A DNA stretch of 64,000 nt from an uncultured Bacteroidota bacterium (lineage in GTDB: Bacteria > Bacteroidota > Rhodothermia > Balneolales > HLUCCA01). Within the stretch, counting starts at the first letter, position 1; each line of letters begins with the position of its first letter. Shown here piece by piece: positions 33,199 through 41,868 of this stretch. A program made the position numbers and the translations under genes. A model generated the notes under the pieces. It searched no databases. It was not told the DNA's origin and was given only the letters and a program-made list of their open reading frames with translations. The stretch is taken from assembly GCA_947085565.1 (NCBI GenBank), contig CAMTWZ010000006.1, forward strand, positions 66,207-130,206, given 5' to 3'.

Positions 33199-34597
33199 TC
33201 ACCTTCTCTTGGCCCTGGTCTTCATCGGCTGCTCGGCGTCAAACGCTCCGCTTCGCCTTCACGCGCTGTTTTCCGACCACATGGTGCTTCAGCGCAACAC
33301 CTCGGTTCCAATATGGGGCTGGGCTGAAGCGGGTATGAAAGTGACGGTGAGTCCGGCCTGGGGCGATGCGGTTCAAACACGGGCGGACGATCGCGGGCGC
33401 TGGACCGTATCCATCCAAACCCCGGATGCCGGCGGACCCTCCACCATGACCGTTGCCACATCCGACACCACCATCACTATCGGGGATATCGTGTTCGGGG
33501 AAGTGTGGCTCGGCTCGGGACAGTCGAACATGGAAATGCCGCTCAAAGGCTGGCCACCGAATGACCCGATCGAGGGATCCGAAACGGAAATCGCCACGGC
33601 AGATTTCCCGATGATCCGCATGTTCACGGTGGAACGAACCGTCTCACTTACCCCTAAAGACGATGTTAAAGGATCCTGGATCGTTGCCTCGCCCGAAACC
33701 GTGGCCGGATTCTCCGCCACCGCCTATTTCTTCGCCAAAGACCTGCATGCCGGCTTGGATGTGCCCGTGGGCATCATCCATTCGAGCTGGGGCGGAACAC
33801 CCGCCGAGGCCTGGGTTCCATCCGCCGATCTGGCCAACGTTCCCGGATTCGAAACCATGAGCGAGTCGTTCGCCACCGCGGAGGCCGGTCTCGCGCTCAG
33901 TCCGAATTCCCCATCCTTGCTCTTCAATGGAATGATCGCACCGATTCTTCCTTATGCGATGAAGGGAGTGATCTGGTACCAGGGAGAATCGAACGTGGGC
34001 CGTGGCAAGCAATATGAAACGCTCTTCCCGACGCTCATCCGCAGTTGGCGCGCACGTTGGGAATCGGGCGAGTTTCCCTTCTATTTCGTACAGATAGCGC
34101 CGTTCATTTACGGAGAAAGCGAGCCGAGTCCGGCCGCTGAACTTCGCGAAGCCCAGCGGCTCACGCTTTCGCTTCCTAACACGGGCATGGTGGTGACCAG
34201 CGACATCGGAAATCCGACCAACATCCATCCCGCCAATAAAAAAGATGTGGGCGAACGCTTATCGCTATGGGCCTTGGCCGAAACCTACGGCAAAGACATC
34301 GTGCACTCGGGTCCGTTGGCGGATCGCGCCGAGTTCAACGCCTTGAACGTGGTGGTCCGATTCAAACATGTCGGAAGCGGGCTCGTCGCCAAAGGCGGCC
34401 CCTTGACCGACTTCGAATTGGCGGGCGCGGATGGGGTCTTCCATCCGGCAAATGCCGTCATCTCCGGCGAAACCGTGGTCGTGAGTTCGGCAAAGGTGAG
34501 CAAGCCTGTCACGGTCCGCTTCGGCTGGCGCGAAGCGTCCCAACCCAACTTATTCAACAAAGAGGGCTTACCGGCCTCCAGCTTCATACTTCGCTGA
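33176..34597 (+). CDS. sialate O-acetylesterase family (SASA/DUF303) carbohydrate acetylesterase
   Basis: Lipobox FIGC, GEVWLGSGQSNME, and GVIWYQGESN. Confidence 0.85.
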   Translation: MRHSFVVSHLLLALVFIGCSASNAPLRLHALFSDHMVLQRNTSVPIWGWAEAGMKVTVSPAWGDAVQTRADDRGRWTVSIQTPDAGGPSTMTVATSDTTITIGDIVFGEVWLGSGQSNMEMPLKGWPPNDPIEGSETEIATADFPMIRMFTVERTVSLTPKDDVKGSWIVASPETVAGFSATAYFFAKDLHAGLDVPVGIIHSSWGGTPAEAWVPSADLANVPGFETMSESFATAEAGLALSPNSPSLLFNGMIAPILPYAMKGVIWYQGESNVGRGKQYETLFPTLIRSWRARWESGEFPFYFVQIAPFIYGESEPSPAAELREAQRLTLSLPNTGMVVTSDIGNPTNIHPANKKDVGERLSLWALAETYGKDIVHSGPLADRAEFNALNVVVRFKHVGSGLVAKGGPLTDFELAGADGVFHPANAVISGETVVVSSAKVSKPVTVRFGWREASQPNLFNKEGLPASSFILR

Positions 34598-34599
34598 CC

Positions 34600-35115
34600 T
34601 CATCGCCCGAAATCGTCCTGAACGCGCACGATGTCGTCTTCATCGGACGGATGCGCCGCATCCGTATGCTGCCAGATTTCCGCCACGATGCCCCATTCGT
34701 CCACACCCACCAAGCGGTGGCGTTCGCCTTGCTTGAGGCTCACCTGAGAGCCCAGCGGTAGCGGCTGATGCGGCGTCTGCTCATCGGTGTCGCTGATTAC
34801 GATCGCCGCATTGCCACCGATCACCGTCCAGATTTCGGAACGGCGATGATGGTATTGCCACGAGAGGCGCGCATTGGGCGCCACGAGCAGGATCTTCGGA
34901 CTGAGTTTCGAAAAACCCGCGAAATCCTCCACATTCAGATGCGGAAAGTATGTGCGGATGAACTGCGGCGCCTGAGCCTCATCCACATAATAGAACCCGC
35001 CCCAAGGGCGCGAATCATCCATGAATGTGGTGCGGAAACCCAGCTCTGTGAGATAGGTTTTCACATCGGCGAACACCGATGATTTGGGTGTGTCGGAAGG
35101 AAATTGGAGTGTCAT
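34600..35115 (-). CDS. type II phosphomannose isomerase-like cupin protein
   Basis: RPWGGFYY, LSWQYHHRRSEIWTV and GERHRL cupin blocks. Start set at ATG 35115 (MTLQF). Confidence 0.7.
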   Translation of the reverse strand: MTLQFPSDTPKSSVFADVKTYLTELGFRTTFMDDSRPWGGFYYVDEAQAPQFIRTYFPHLNVEDFAGFSKLSPKILLVAPNARLSWQYHHRRSEIWTVIGGNAAIVISDTDEQTPHQPLPLGSQVSLKQGERHRLVGVDEWGIVAEIWQHTDAAHPSDEDDIVRVQDDFGR

Positions 35116-35284
35116 GGTTTTGAAATTACGAACGATTCGCTCCAATCTTCCGATTTCCCCCAAACGGGTCGTAGCCACAAGATCGAGGGTTTCGTGTTTT
35201 CAGGACGATCATGATCGTCCATGGGTTCTATAAATGTAGGAAAGCGGGATGGAGACACGCGTGTCGTACCGACCTGATGATTCA

Positions 35285-35731
35285 TCATAGGTCGATGTCG
35301 CCGTGACTCGAACACTTCGGTCGTTCGTCTCCAACAACGGTCGGTTTGCGCGGACTCCCGTGCCGTTCGCGCCACACCGCATCGAGTTGCGGATTGCTGA
35401 TGTCGTGATTTCCAGGCACATAGATGAAGCGCATCTGCAGGCGGTTCACAATGGCGTCGAACTCATCCCATTGCGCGTTCCAGACGGCGGGGTCGGTGGT
35501 GTAGCCGTCCACCAGATTACCCACGCTGAGCACGAACTCGGGCTGCATCAGGTTCACTTTCTCCGCGCCTTTTTCGAACACGCCGGGAAGCATGCCTCCG
35601 GTGCGGTCGCCCATGATGGCGAAGCGGAAAGTGCCTTCCGCGTTGTTCAGAGGCTTATTCGATTGGGAAGCGGGTTGCGCGGCGAGAGGAGCCGCGAGCA
35701 ATACTCCGGCGAGGAAAAGAAAGCGGAACAT
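35285..35731 (-). pseudogene. metallophosphoesterase remnant (N-terminal portion only)
   Basis: Signal peptide, then FAIMGDRTGG, PEFVLSVGNLVDG (expected GD reads GN) and VPGNHD. The frame then runs into unrelated sequence and stops, and the later His motifs are absent in all three frames. Confidence 0.45.
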
Positions 35732-35739
35732 GGTGAAAC

Positions 35740-36735
35740 TCAGGCTAGGATGGAGTCGATGAGTGCCAATTCGTCGTTGGTGAAGGCGGTGTTCTTCGTG
35801 CCGCCGATGCAATCGTCGATCTGGGCTGTGGAACTGGCGCCGATCAGGACGGAGGTGACGCGTGGGAGGCGGAGCAGCCAAGCGACAGCCATCTGGGCCA
35901 GAGTTTGGCCACGGTCGGCCGCAACCTCGTTGAGCCTGACGAGTTTGGCCACGAGCTCGGGCGTGATACGGTCTTTGGGCAGGCTTCCGTAGGATTTCGT
36001 GGCGCGCGAGGAATCGGGGATGCCTCGGAGGTATTTGTCGCTAAGCAGGCCTTGTGCCAAGGGAGAGAAGACAATGAAGCCCATGTCGTCACGGTCGAGT
36101 TGGGCGAGCAATCCGTCTTCGACCCACCGGTTCAACATCGAATAGCTGGCCTGATGGATGATGCACGGGGTTCCCAAGTCTTTGAGAATGGCGGCGGCAC
36201 GGGCGGTCATGTCCGCCGGATAATTCGAAATGCCCGCGTACAGCGCTTTGCCGCTGCGCACGGACTGATCCAAGGCCATCATCGTCTCTTCGAGAGGCGT
36301 GTCAGGGTCGGGGCGATGCGAGTAGAAGATATCCACGTAATCGAGTCCCATCCGCTTCAGGCTCTGATCGAGGCTGGCCAACAGATACTTTCGCGATCCC
36401 CATTCGCCGTACGGACCCGGCCACATCTCATAACCCGCTTTCGTGCTGATGATCAGCTCATCGCGGTAGGGAAGGAAGTCTTGCTTGAGCAGAATCCCGA
36501 AGTTGGATTCGGCCGAGCCCGGAGGTGGACCATAGTTGTTCGCCAGATCGAAATGCGTGATTCCCGCATCGAACGCGCGGCGTAGCATCGCTCTTGCCTC
36601 ATCGAACGAATCGTACTCCGAGCCGAAGTTCTGCCACAAGCCAAGAGAGATTTCGGGAAGTTTGAGGCCGCTTCGGCCGGTGCGGCGGTAAGCCAGGTGT
36701 TCGTATCGGTCGGCGGAAGCGGTGTAAGTACTCAT
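35740..36735 (-). CDS. aldo/keto reductase (YghZ / L-glyceraldehyde-3-phosphate reductase-like)
   Basis: YRRTGRSGLKLPEISLGLWQNFG, GITHFDLANNYGPPPGSAE, and the C-terminal LIGASSTAQIDD. Confidence 0.88.
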   Translation of the reverse strand: MSTYTASADRYEHLAYRRTGRSGLKLPEISLGLWQNFGSEYDSFDEARAMLRRAFDAGITHFDLANNYGPPPGSAESNFGILLKQDFLPYRDELIISTKAGYEMWPGPYGEWGSRKYLLASLDQSLKRMGLDYVDIFYSHRPDPDTPLEETMMALDQSVRSGKALYAGISNYPADMTARAAAILKDLGTPCIIHQASYSMLNRWVEDGLLAQLDRDDMGFIVFSPLAQGLLSDKYLRGIPDSSRATKSYGSLPKDRITPELVAKLVRLNEVAADRGQTLAQMAVAWLLRLPRVTSVLIGASSTAQIDDCIGGTKNTAFTNDELALIDSILA

Positions 36736-36743
36736 TCAAGTCA

Positions 36744-37874
36744 TCATTTGTAGAGGTTTGGCAACCCGTCGGCGAACAGGATCAACGGATCGTTTTTGAA
36801 GGTAACAAAATCCGCGGCGGCCGGGTGTCCCGGATACGGCGCGTAATAATGATCTTTCCGGTCCACCGTGGCGTTCGAATTGCGCCAGACCAGGGCATAG
36901 GCGATACGGCTGGCCGTAGGGTCGTCTTTGATGGATTTGAGAAGTTTCTGCGTGAACCAGGTGGAATCGCGCACCGCTTCGAGACCGGTTTCGGTGAGGG
37001 CTGGTATTTTGCCCCGTGCTTCAGCGGTTTCCACAAGGAATTTGAGGTGGGCTGTCATCACGGCGACGCCGTTTTCGCGTTGGTCCAGGCTCCAGTAGTC
37101 GTCGAAACCCATCACATCCACGTACTCATCGCCGGGGTAGGTGAGTAGGAAGTTTTCGTAGCCGTAATCGCTCGGTGAGTTTGGCGACCATGCGTAAAGC
37201 AGGTTGCGCAGGCCTTTGGTGTCGCGCAGATACTTCACGGTGAAGCGGTACAGGGCGATGTAGTCTTCGGGCGTGGTCGATTCGCTTCCCCACCAGAACC
37301 ATCCGCCGGTCTGCTCATGCCATGGGCGGAAGATCACGGGAATGGCTCGTCCGTCGGCGGTTTTCAAATCACCGAGAAATGCGGCGAGGCGGTCCATGTA
37401 GGTCAGAAACACATCATGGTGGGAACCACCTGGAAGGATGTGCGGCACGGTCACGGTTTTATCCCATGAAGAGGCCCCGTTCACCGGATTGTTCAAGTGC
37501 CAGCTGATGGTGTTCACACCTCCGGCCTCATACCCTTCGCGTATCCAGCGTTTCATGTTCTGGAAGTTCACATTATCGAGATTCTTTGCCGAATCGAGCT
37601 CGATGTGACCGATCTCCCAGCCGAACACAGCCGGATAGGCGCCGGTGACCTCCTTCACGTCGGAACGGCCGGCTTCGGCGACCCACGTCACCCCGTAGGC
37701 CAGATCATCCTGGTGACCGAACAACACATGCGTTTTTCGGATCTCGTCGAGGTTGCGGAACAAGGCTTTGGTTTCAGCGGTGGCATTGCTGTCCACGATC
37801 TTCACGTTCGCGTTCGGATCGGTGGCGCAAGAGACAATCAGCGCCGTCAATGAGAGGGTGAGGATGGATTTCAT
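36744..37874 (-). CDS. GH26 beta-mannanase (lipoprotein), second copy
   Basis: Lipobox IVSC, FRPWHEQTGGWFWWG, and PALTETG. Confidence 0.9.
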   Translation of the reverse strand: MKSILTLSLTALIVSCATDPNANVKIVDSNATAETKALFRNLDEIRKTHVLFGHQDDLAYGVTWVAEAGRSDVKEVTGAYPAVFGWEIGHIELDSAKNLDNVNFQNMKRWIREGYEAGGVNTISWHLNNPVNGASSWDKTVTVPHILPGGSHHDVFLTYMDRLAAFLGDLKTADGRAIPVIFRPWHEQTGGWFWWGSESTTPEDYIALYRFTVKYLRDTKGLRNLLYAWSPNSPSDYGYENFLLTYPGDEYVDVMGFDDYWSLDQRENGVAVMTAHLKFLVETAEARGKIPALTETGLEAVRDSTWFTQKLLKSIKDDPTASRIAYALVWRNSNATVDRKDHYYAPYPGHPAAADFVTFKNDPLILFADGLPNLYK

Positions 37875-37878
37875 AGGC

Positions 37879-40515
37879 TTATTTGATAAGAATCATTCGA
37901 CGGGTGATGGATTGCGCACCACTTTGTAGGCGGTACATATAGATGCCGCTGGCCAAGCCGCTGGCATCGAAGTTGACCTGATGGGAGCCGGCCGGCATCA
38001 ACCCATCCACAAGAACAGCGACTTCGCGACCGAGGATGTCGAAAACACGCAATTGGACGGGTAGGGACGCAAGATCTTGCGTCCCTAAGGTGAATTGAAT
38101 CTGCGTGCTCGGGTTGAACGGATTCGGATAATTCTGCTCAAGCTTGAAATCCGACGCGATCTCGGCTTCCTTCTCGATGTCGGTGGTTTGGCCGTTGCCG
38201 CGGATTTCGATGTAATCGAACCACATGTAGCCCCAGAAATGCAGGATTTCGATGGTGTTCACACCTGCGACGAGGTCGACGGTTCTCTCCAGCCATTGCC
38301 ACGTTGCTGTGGGTCCGCCAAAGACGATGGTATCGGTGATCACACCATTCACACGCAAATACTGGGTTTTTTCGCTGAAGGGGAGATTATAGCCGATGCG
38401 GATGGTGTAGGGTTTGGGTTCGACCACCGTCACGTTCGACCAGTTGATGGATCCGTCGCCCGCCATGTTCAGATATGCGCCGCCACTGGCCGATCCATCG
38501 CTGCCGTTGGCCACGGTGCCAGTTCTCTGCGCGGTTTCAGCTTCATACCGACGCTTCTCCTGAGTGGGTAGAATTGTCACAAATACGGGTCGCGATTGGA
38601 AGTTCGGAAAGTGTGCAGGACTCACCATCGCATGCAGTTTGTATTCACCAGCCACGGTCGGTATCCAATTGAACGTGTATGGCGCGAATCTGTCGGTGTT
38701 GATCAGCACGTCGTTGGCAAAGAACCGTACCCCCGTGGTTCCGAATCCGCTCGAACCAATCACCGCGTTCGCCACGATGGGAATGATGGTGTCTTGCTCG
38801 AGGATCTGTGTGGCCGTCGGATTGGTGATGTCGATTTTAGGTGGCTGAAGAGCGGATTTGTGCCCGAAGGCTTTGAACTCCGTCACTTGGATAGGTGAAT
38901 TCGCAAGTATCCGTAAAAAACGGGAATGAACCGGATTCTCGAAATGAACCACCTGTGAGACCGAAGTGGTGCCGGTGTTCGAAACGGTATGAATTGTAGA
39001 CCAGGTGTGCCCGTCGAAGGAAGATTGTAGAACGAAGCCACCAGATGGCATTGATTCCAACGACATTTCAGCTCGAATCACACCATAGGAGGCATCCATG
39101 TCTCCATAGACCCAGGTTTGGTTGCTGGCGATGGTTTGCGGACCCGCAGCCAATCGATTTACTTCCAACTGCGGTGTCACTGAAACCACGATACTGTCTG
39201 TGACCGTGCCGCCATTGGCGCCTTCCAGAACCAAGCGATAGGTCGTGGTGACAGTAGGTGCGATGGTCAACCGATCCATCAGAAACACGTCCGAACCGTT
39301 CAATGTGGCGCGAACCGCATCCCTACTTTTCCAGACCAACTCCGTGGAAAATCCCTCTTCAATCGTGGTTTGCGAAGCTTGGAATGAATAACTCACTGGT
39401 TTGTTCGTGAATCTGAGGTTCACATCGGCGTTATGCCGGCCGTACATGTATTGTGTGTTGAGCAAGGTGTTCGGCCACGTTGCGGTGTTGTTGTCGCGGT
39501 TCTGGGCCCAATCCACCCACTGCCAACTCAACGCGCCGGCATATCCGTTGTCGTAGAGTTTCTTGAACTGCATGTCGGCCGGCACACCATCGGCAACACC
39601 TTTGATGAAGAATTCGCCGATGAACACGGGCTTGTCGAGTTGGAAATAAGAGGCCGGTCGAATAAACGGTGAATCTCCGTGCCCGTAATAATGGAACGTG
39701 TAAAAATCGAGTGTGCCGATGGGGTCTCCACCCGCTTGGAACAGCCGGTCGTCGCGGTAATAGTTCTTTTGAATAGGATTGTTGGCCGTGTAAATGTCTG
39801 ACATCGCCGTCGCACTCACGATCCCGGTTGTCACTTTCGCGTTCGGATCTGTGCGCTTTATGGCACCGGCGGTCTGGTTCACGAATTTCTGAATGTCCGA
39901 CATCGGCACATGCCGGTTAAAATCCCATCCGAATTCCGTTGACATGCCTTCCGCCTCGTTGAAAATCTCCCAAGCCAGAATGGCTTTATGGCCTTTCACC
40001 GCATTCACCATCGGAATCAGAGCATTTTGGATGTAACTCTGACGGTTCGCGTCTTGTGTGAGGATGGCAAAGGCGCGATCGGTATTGGTGGTGCCGTTTG
40101 CGATGCGGAGCATGTCGAACGACCAGATGCTCAGCAACATGGTGATATCGTACGATTCAGCCATATCCAGTAACGTGGTCAGGTTTTGGATGGTCGATGA
40201 TCCCGGACCCGTCACCATGTTCCCGGACCATTGCGGAGTCCTTCCGCCGGTGGTATGCATCCAGAATCGAACGGTGTTTCCTCCATTGGCGCGAAGCTCT
40301 CTGAACATGCGGTCGAACTCGCTGAAACGGACCGCTCCGGGACCCAGATCACTCGCAAAATCGACCCATGCCACATTGGTACCGCTCACCCACATCGGAT
40401 TACCGTTGATTTCAATTCGGTTGGAAGGTGAAGCCGGCTGAGCTTGGGTTTGGGAAACGAATAGAGAAGCGCTTCCAAAACAAGCGATGAAGAGAGCTGA
40501 TTTGAAGTGGATCAT
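37879..40515 (-). CDS. multidomain GH5 glycanase (probable mannanase) with CBM-like modules and T9SS C-terminal domain
   Basis: GH5 blocks (GTNVAWVDF, WEIFNEAEG, FIGEFF), a discoidin/CBM32-like and a CBM6/35-like segment (YEAETA..GGAYLNM), and a [17 protein letters not shown]...MILIK. Start set at the ATG giving the signal peptide MIHFKSALFIACFG. Confidence 0.8.
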   Translation of the reverse strand: MIHFKSALFIACFGSASLFVSQTQAQPASPSNRIEINGNPMWVSGTNVAWVDFASDLGPGAVRFSEFDRMFRELRANGGNTVRFWMHTTGGRTPQWSGNMVTGPGSSTIQNLTTLLDMAESYDITMLLSIWSFDMLRIANGTTNTDRAFAILTQDANRQSYIQNALIPMVNAVKGHKAILAWEIFNEAEGMSTEFGWDFNRHVPMSDIQKFVNQTAGAIKRTDPNAKVTTGIVSATAMSDIYTANNPIQKNYYRDDRLFQAGGDPIGTLDFYTFHYYGHGDSPFIRPASYFQLDKPVFIGEFFIKGVADGVPADMQFKKLYDNGYAGALSWQWVDWAQNRDNNTATWPNTLLNTQYMYGRHNADVNLRFTNKPVSYSFQASQTTIEEGFSTELVWKSRDAVRATLNGSDVFLMDRLTIAPTVTTTYRLVLEGANGGTVTDSIVVSVTPQLEVNRLAAGPQTIASNQTWVYGDMDASYGVIRAEMSLESMPSGGFVLQSSFDGHTWSTIHTVSNTGTTSVSQVVHFENPVHSRFLRILANSPIQVTEFKAFGHKSALQPPKIDITNPTATQILEQDTIIPIVANAVIGSSGFGTTGVRFFANDVLINTDRFAPYTFNWIPTVAGEYKLHAMVSPAHFPNFQSRPVFVTILPTQEKRRYEAETAQRTGTVANGSDGSASGGAYLNMAGDGSINWSNVTVVEPKPYTIRIGYNLPFSEKTQYLRVNGVITDTIVFGGPTATWQWLERTVDLVAGVNTIEILHFWGYMWFDYIEIRGNGQTTDIEKEAEIASDFKLEQNYPNPFNPSTQIQFTLGTQDLASLPVQLRVFDILGREVAVLVDGLMPAGSHQVNFDASGLASGIYMYRLQSGAQSITRRMILIK

Positions 40516-40545
40516 GGCGAAAATGTAGAGATTCGGGTTCGTTCC

Positions 40546-40616
40546 GCAATTAATCAATTTAATTGAATAAATGCAACCCCCATGTCATTTTGTATCTTGA
40601 TTGAATTATTAATTGC
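40546..40616. promoter_or_regulatory. divergent control region with AT-rich palindromes (candidate ROK-regulator operators)
   Basis: caattaa-tcaat-ttaattg (40547-40565, perfect 7-bp arms); aatta-t-taatt (40604-40614); gcaattaat (40546-54) is the exact inverse of attaattgc (40608-16). Confidence 0.4.
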
Positions 40617-40620
40617 ACCC

Positions 40621-41865
40621 ATGCTTACCGGAACCAATCTTCAGCACGCGAAATTGTACAATGTCAGAATCGTTCTTGAGACAATCCGATTGTATGGTCC
40701 ATTGTCGAGAGTGGAGATCGCGAGGAGGACGAATCTCACTGCGCAGACGGTCACCAATATCACGCGGCAATTGCTCAAATCGAACCTGATCGTGGTCCGT
40801 GATCATATCCAGAACGGGAGGGGAGCGCCTTCGGTATTGCTTGGAATCAAACCCACAGGGGCGTATTCGATCGGGTTGGATTTGGACGAGACCCATCTGA
40901 CCGGAGTGTTGATGGATCTGATGGGTACCATCCGTCAGCGTAAAAGCGTGGAGTTGTCGCTGCCTTCTCCGGAAGAGGCGATTCAATTGCTGGAGTCGTG
41001 CACCCGTGAGTTGATTGCCCTGGAGCAGATCGCCTTGGAGAAAGTTTGGGGAGTGGGAGTGGGGTTGCCGGGTCCGTTGGGAGTTTCCGAAGGAGGAGTG
41101 GTCACGAATGTGTTCAATCCGAAGGCTCTGCCAGGTTGGAACAATGTGCCTGTGGTGAGTCTGCTCAGTCAGCGTCTCGGTATTCCGGTGTTTCTGGAGA
41201 ACAACGCTTCGGCCGCAGCGATCGGGGAGAGATGGTTCGGCGCCGGGCGTCATATCGGCACGTTTTTCTATGTCTTTTTAGGTGCGGGTTTGGGCGGAGG
41301 CTTGATCATCAACGGACAGATGTATCCCGGTTTCACGGGTAATGCCGGCGAGTTGGGGTATTTTCCGGTGGTTCGCACCGATGCCACGATGAGAGGCATT
41401 GATCGCCCTCACTTGGGCGCTTATTTCAATCTGCCGACGCTCTATGCCAAATTGGGTGATTCAGGCGTCAAAATCTCCCATCCGAACGAGTTGGAGCAGC
41501 TTTACAATGAGAACAATCCGGTGTTGATGAATTGGATTGAAACCGGAACCGAGCAATTGGCGCCGTTCATTCTGGGAATCGAGTATCTGATCGATCCGCA
41601 AGCCATCTTTTTCGGGGGAAGATTACCGGATGTGATCATCCGGTCGATGGTGAACCGTTTGCAACGGATCTTGCCGGCGCTGCGCATCGATGCGCGGGTG
41701 GCCAGTCCGGAGTTGCTGTGCGCCACGGCAGGAACCGATGCCGCATCGTTGGGCGTGGCCACCTTGCCGCTGTACACGTCGTTCGCTCCGGTACCCAAGG
41801 CCATGGAGAAGAAGACGAGAAATTCGAAGGCCACATCCAAGACCCATCCACTCAAAGCGTTCTGA
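40621..41865 (+). CDS. ROK family transcriptional regulator
   Basis: N-terminal wHTH (LSRVEIARRTNLTAQTVTNITRQL), ROK sugar-kinase-like core (GVGVGLPGP, ENNASAAAIGE), and a Gly-rich GAGLGGG. Confidence 0.85.
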   Translation: MLTGTNLQHAKLYNVRIVLETIRLYGPLSRVEIARRTNLTAQTVTNITRQLLKSNLIVVRDHIQNGRGAPSVLLGIKPTGAYSIGLDLDETHLTGVLMDLMGTIRQRKSVELSLPSPEEAIQLLESCTRELIALEQIALEKVWGVGVGLPGPLGVSEGGVVTNVFNPKALPGWNNVPVVSLLSQRLGIPVFLENNASAAAIGERWFGAGRHIGTFFYVFLGAGLGGGLIINGQMYPGFTGNAGELGYFPVVRTDATMRGIDRPHLGAYFNLPTLYAKLGDSGVKISHPNELEQLYNENNPVLMNWIETGTEQLAPFILGIEYLIDPQAIFFGGRLPDVIIRSMVNRLQRILPALRIDARVASPELLCATAGTDAASLGVATLPLYTSFAPVPKAMEKKTRNSKATSKTHPLKAF

Positions 41866-41868
41866 ATC

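Noticed and set aside
35112-35421. Could a frameshift reconnect the metallophosphoesterase fragment to a downstream frame?
   Set aside because: Neither alternative minus-strand frame (35112-35375, 35209-35421) shows the missing GH/GHxH phosphoesterase motifs, so a simple frameshift does not restore the gene.
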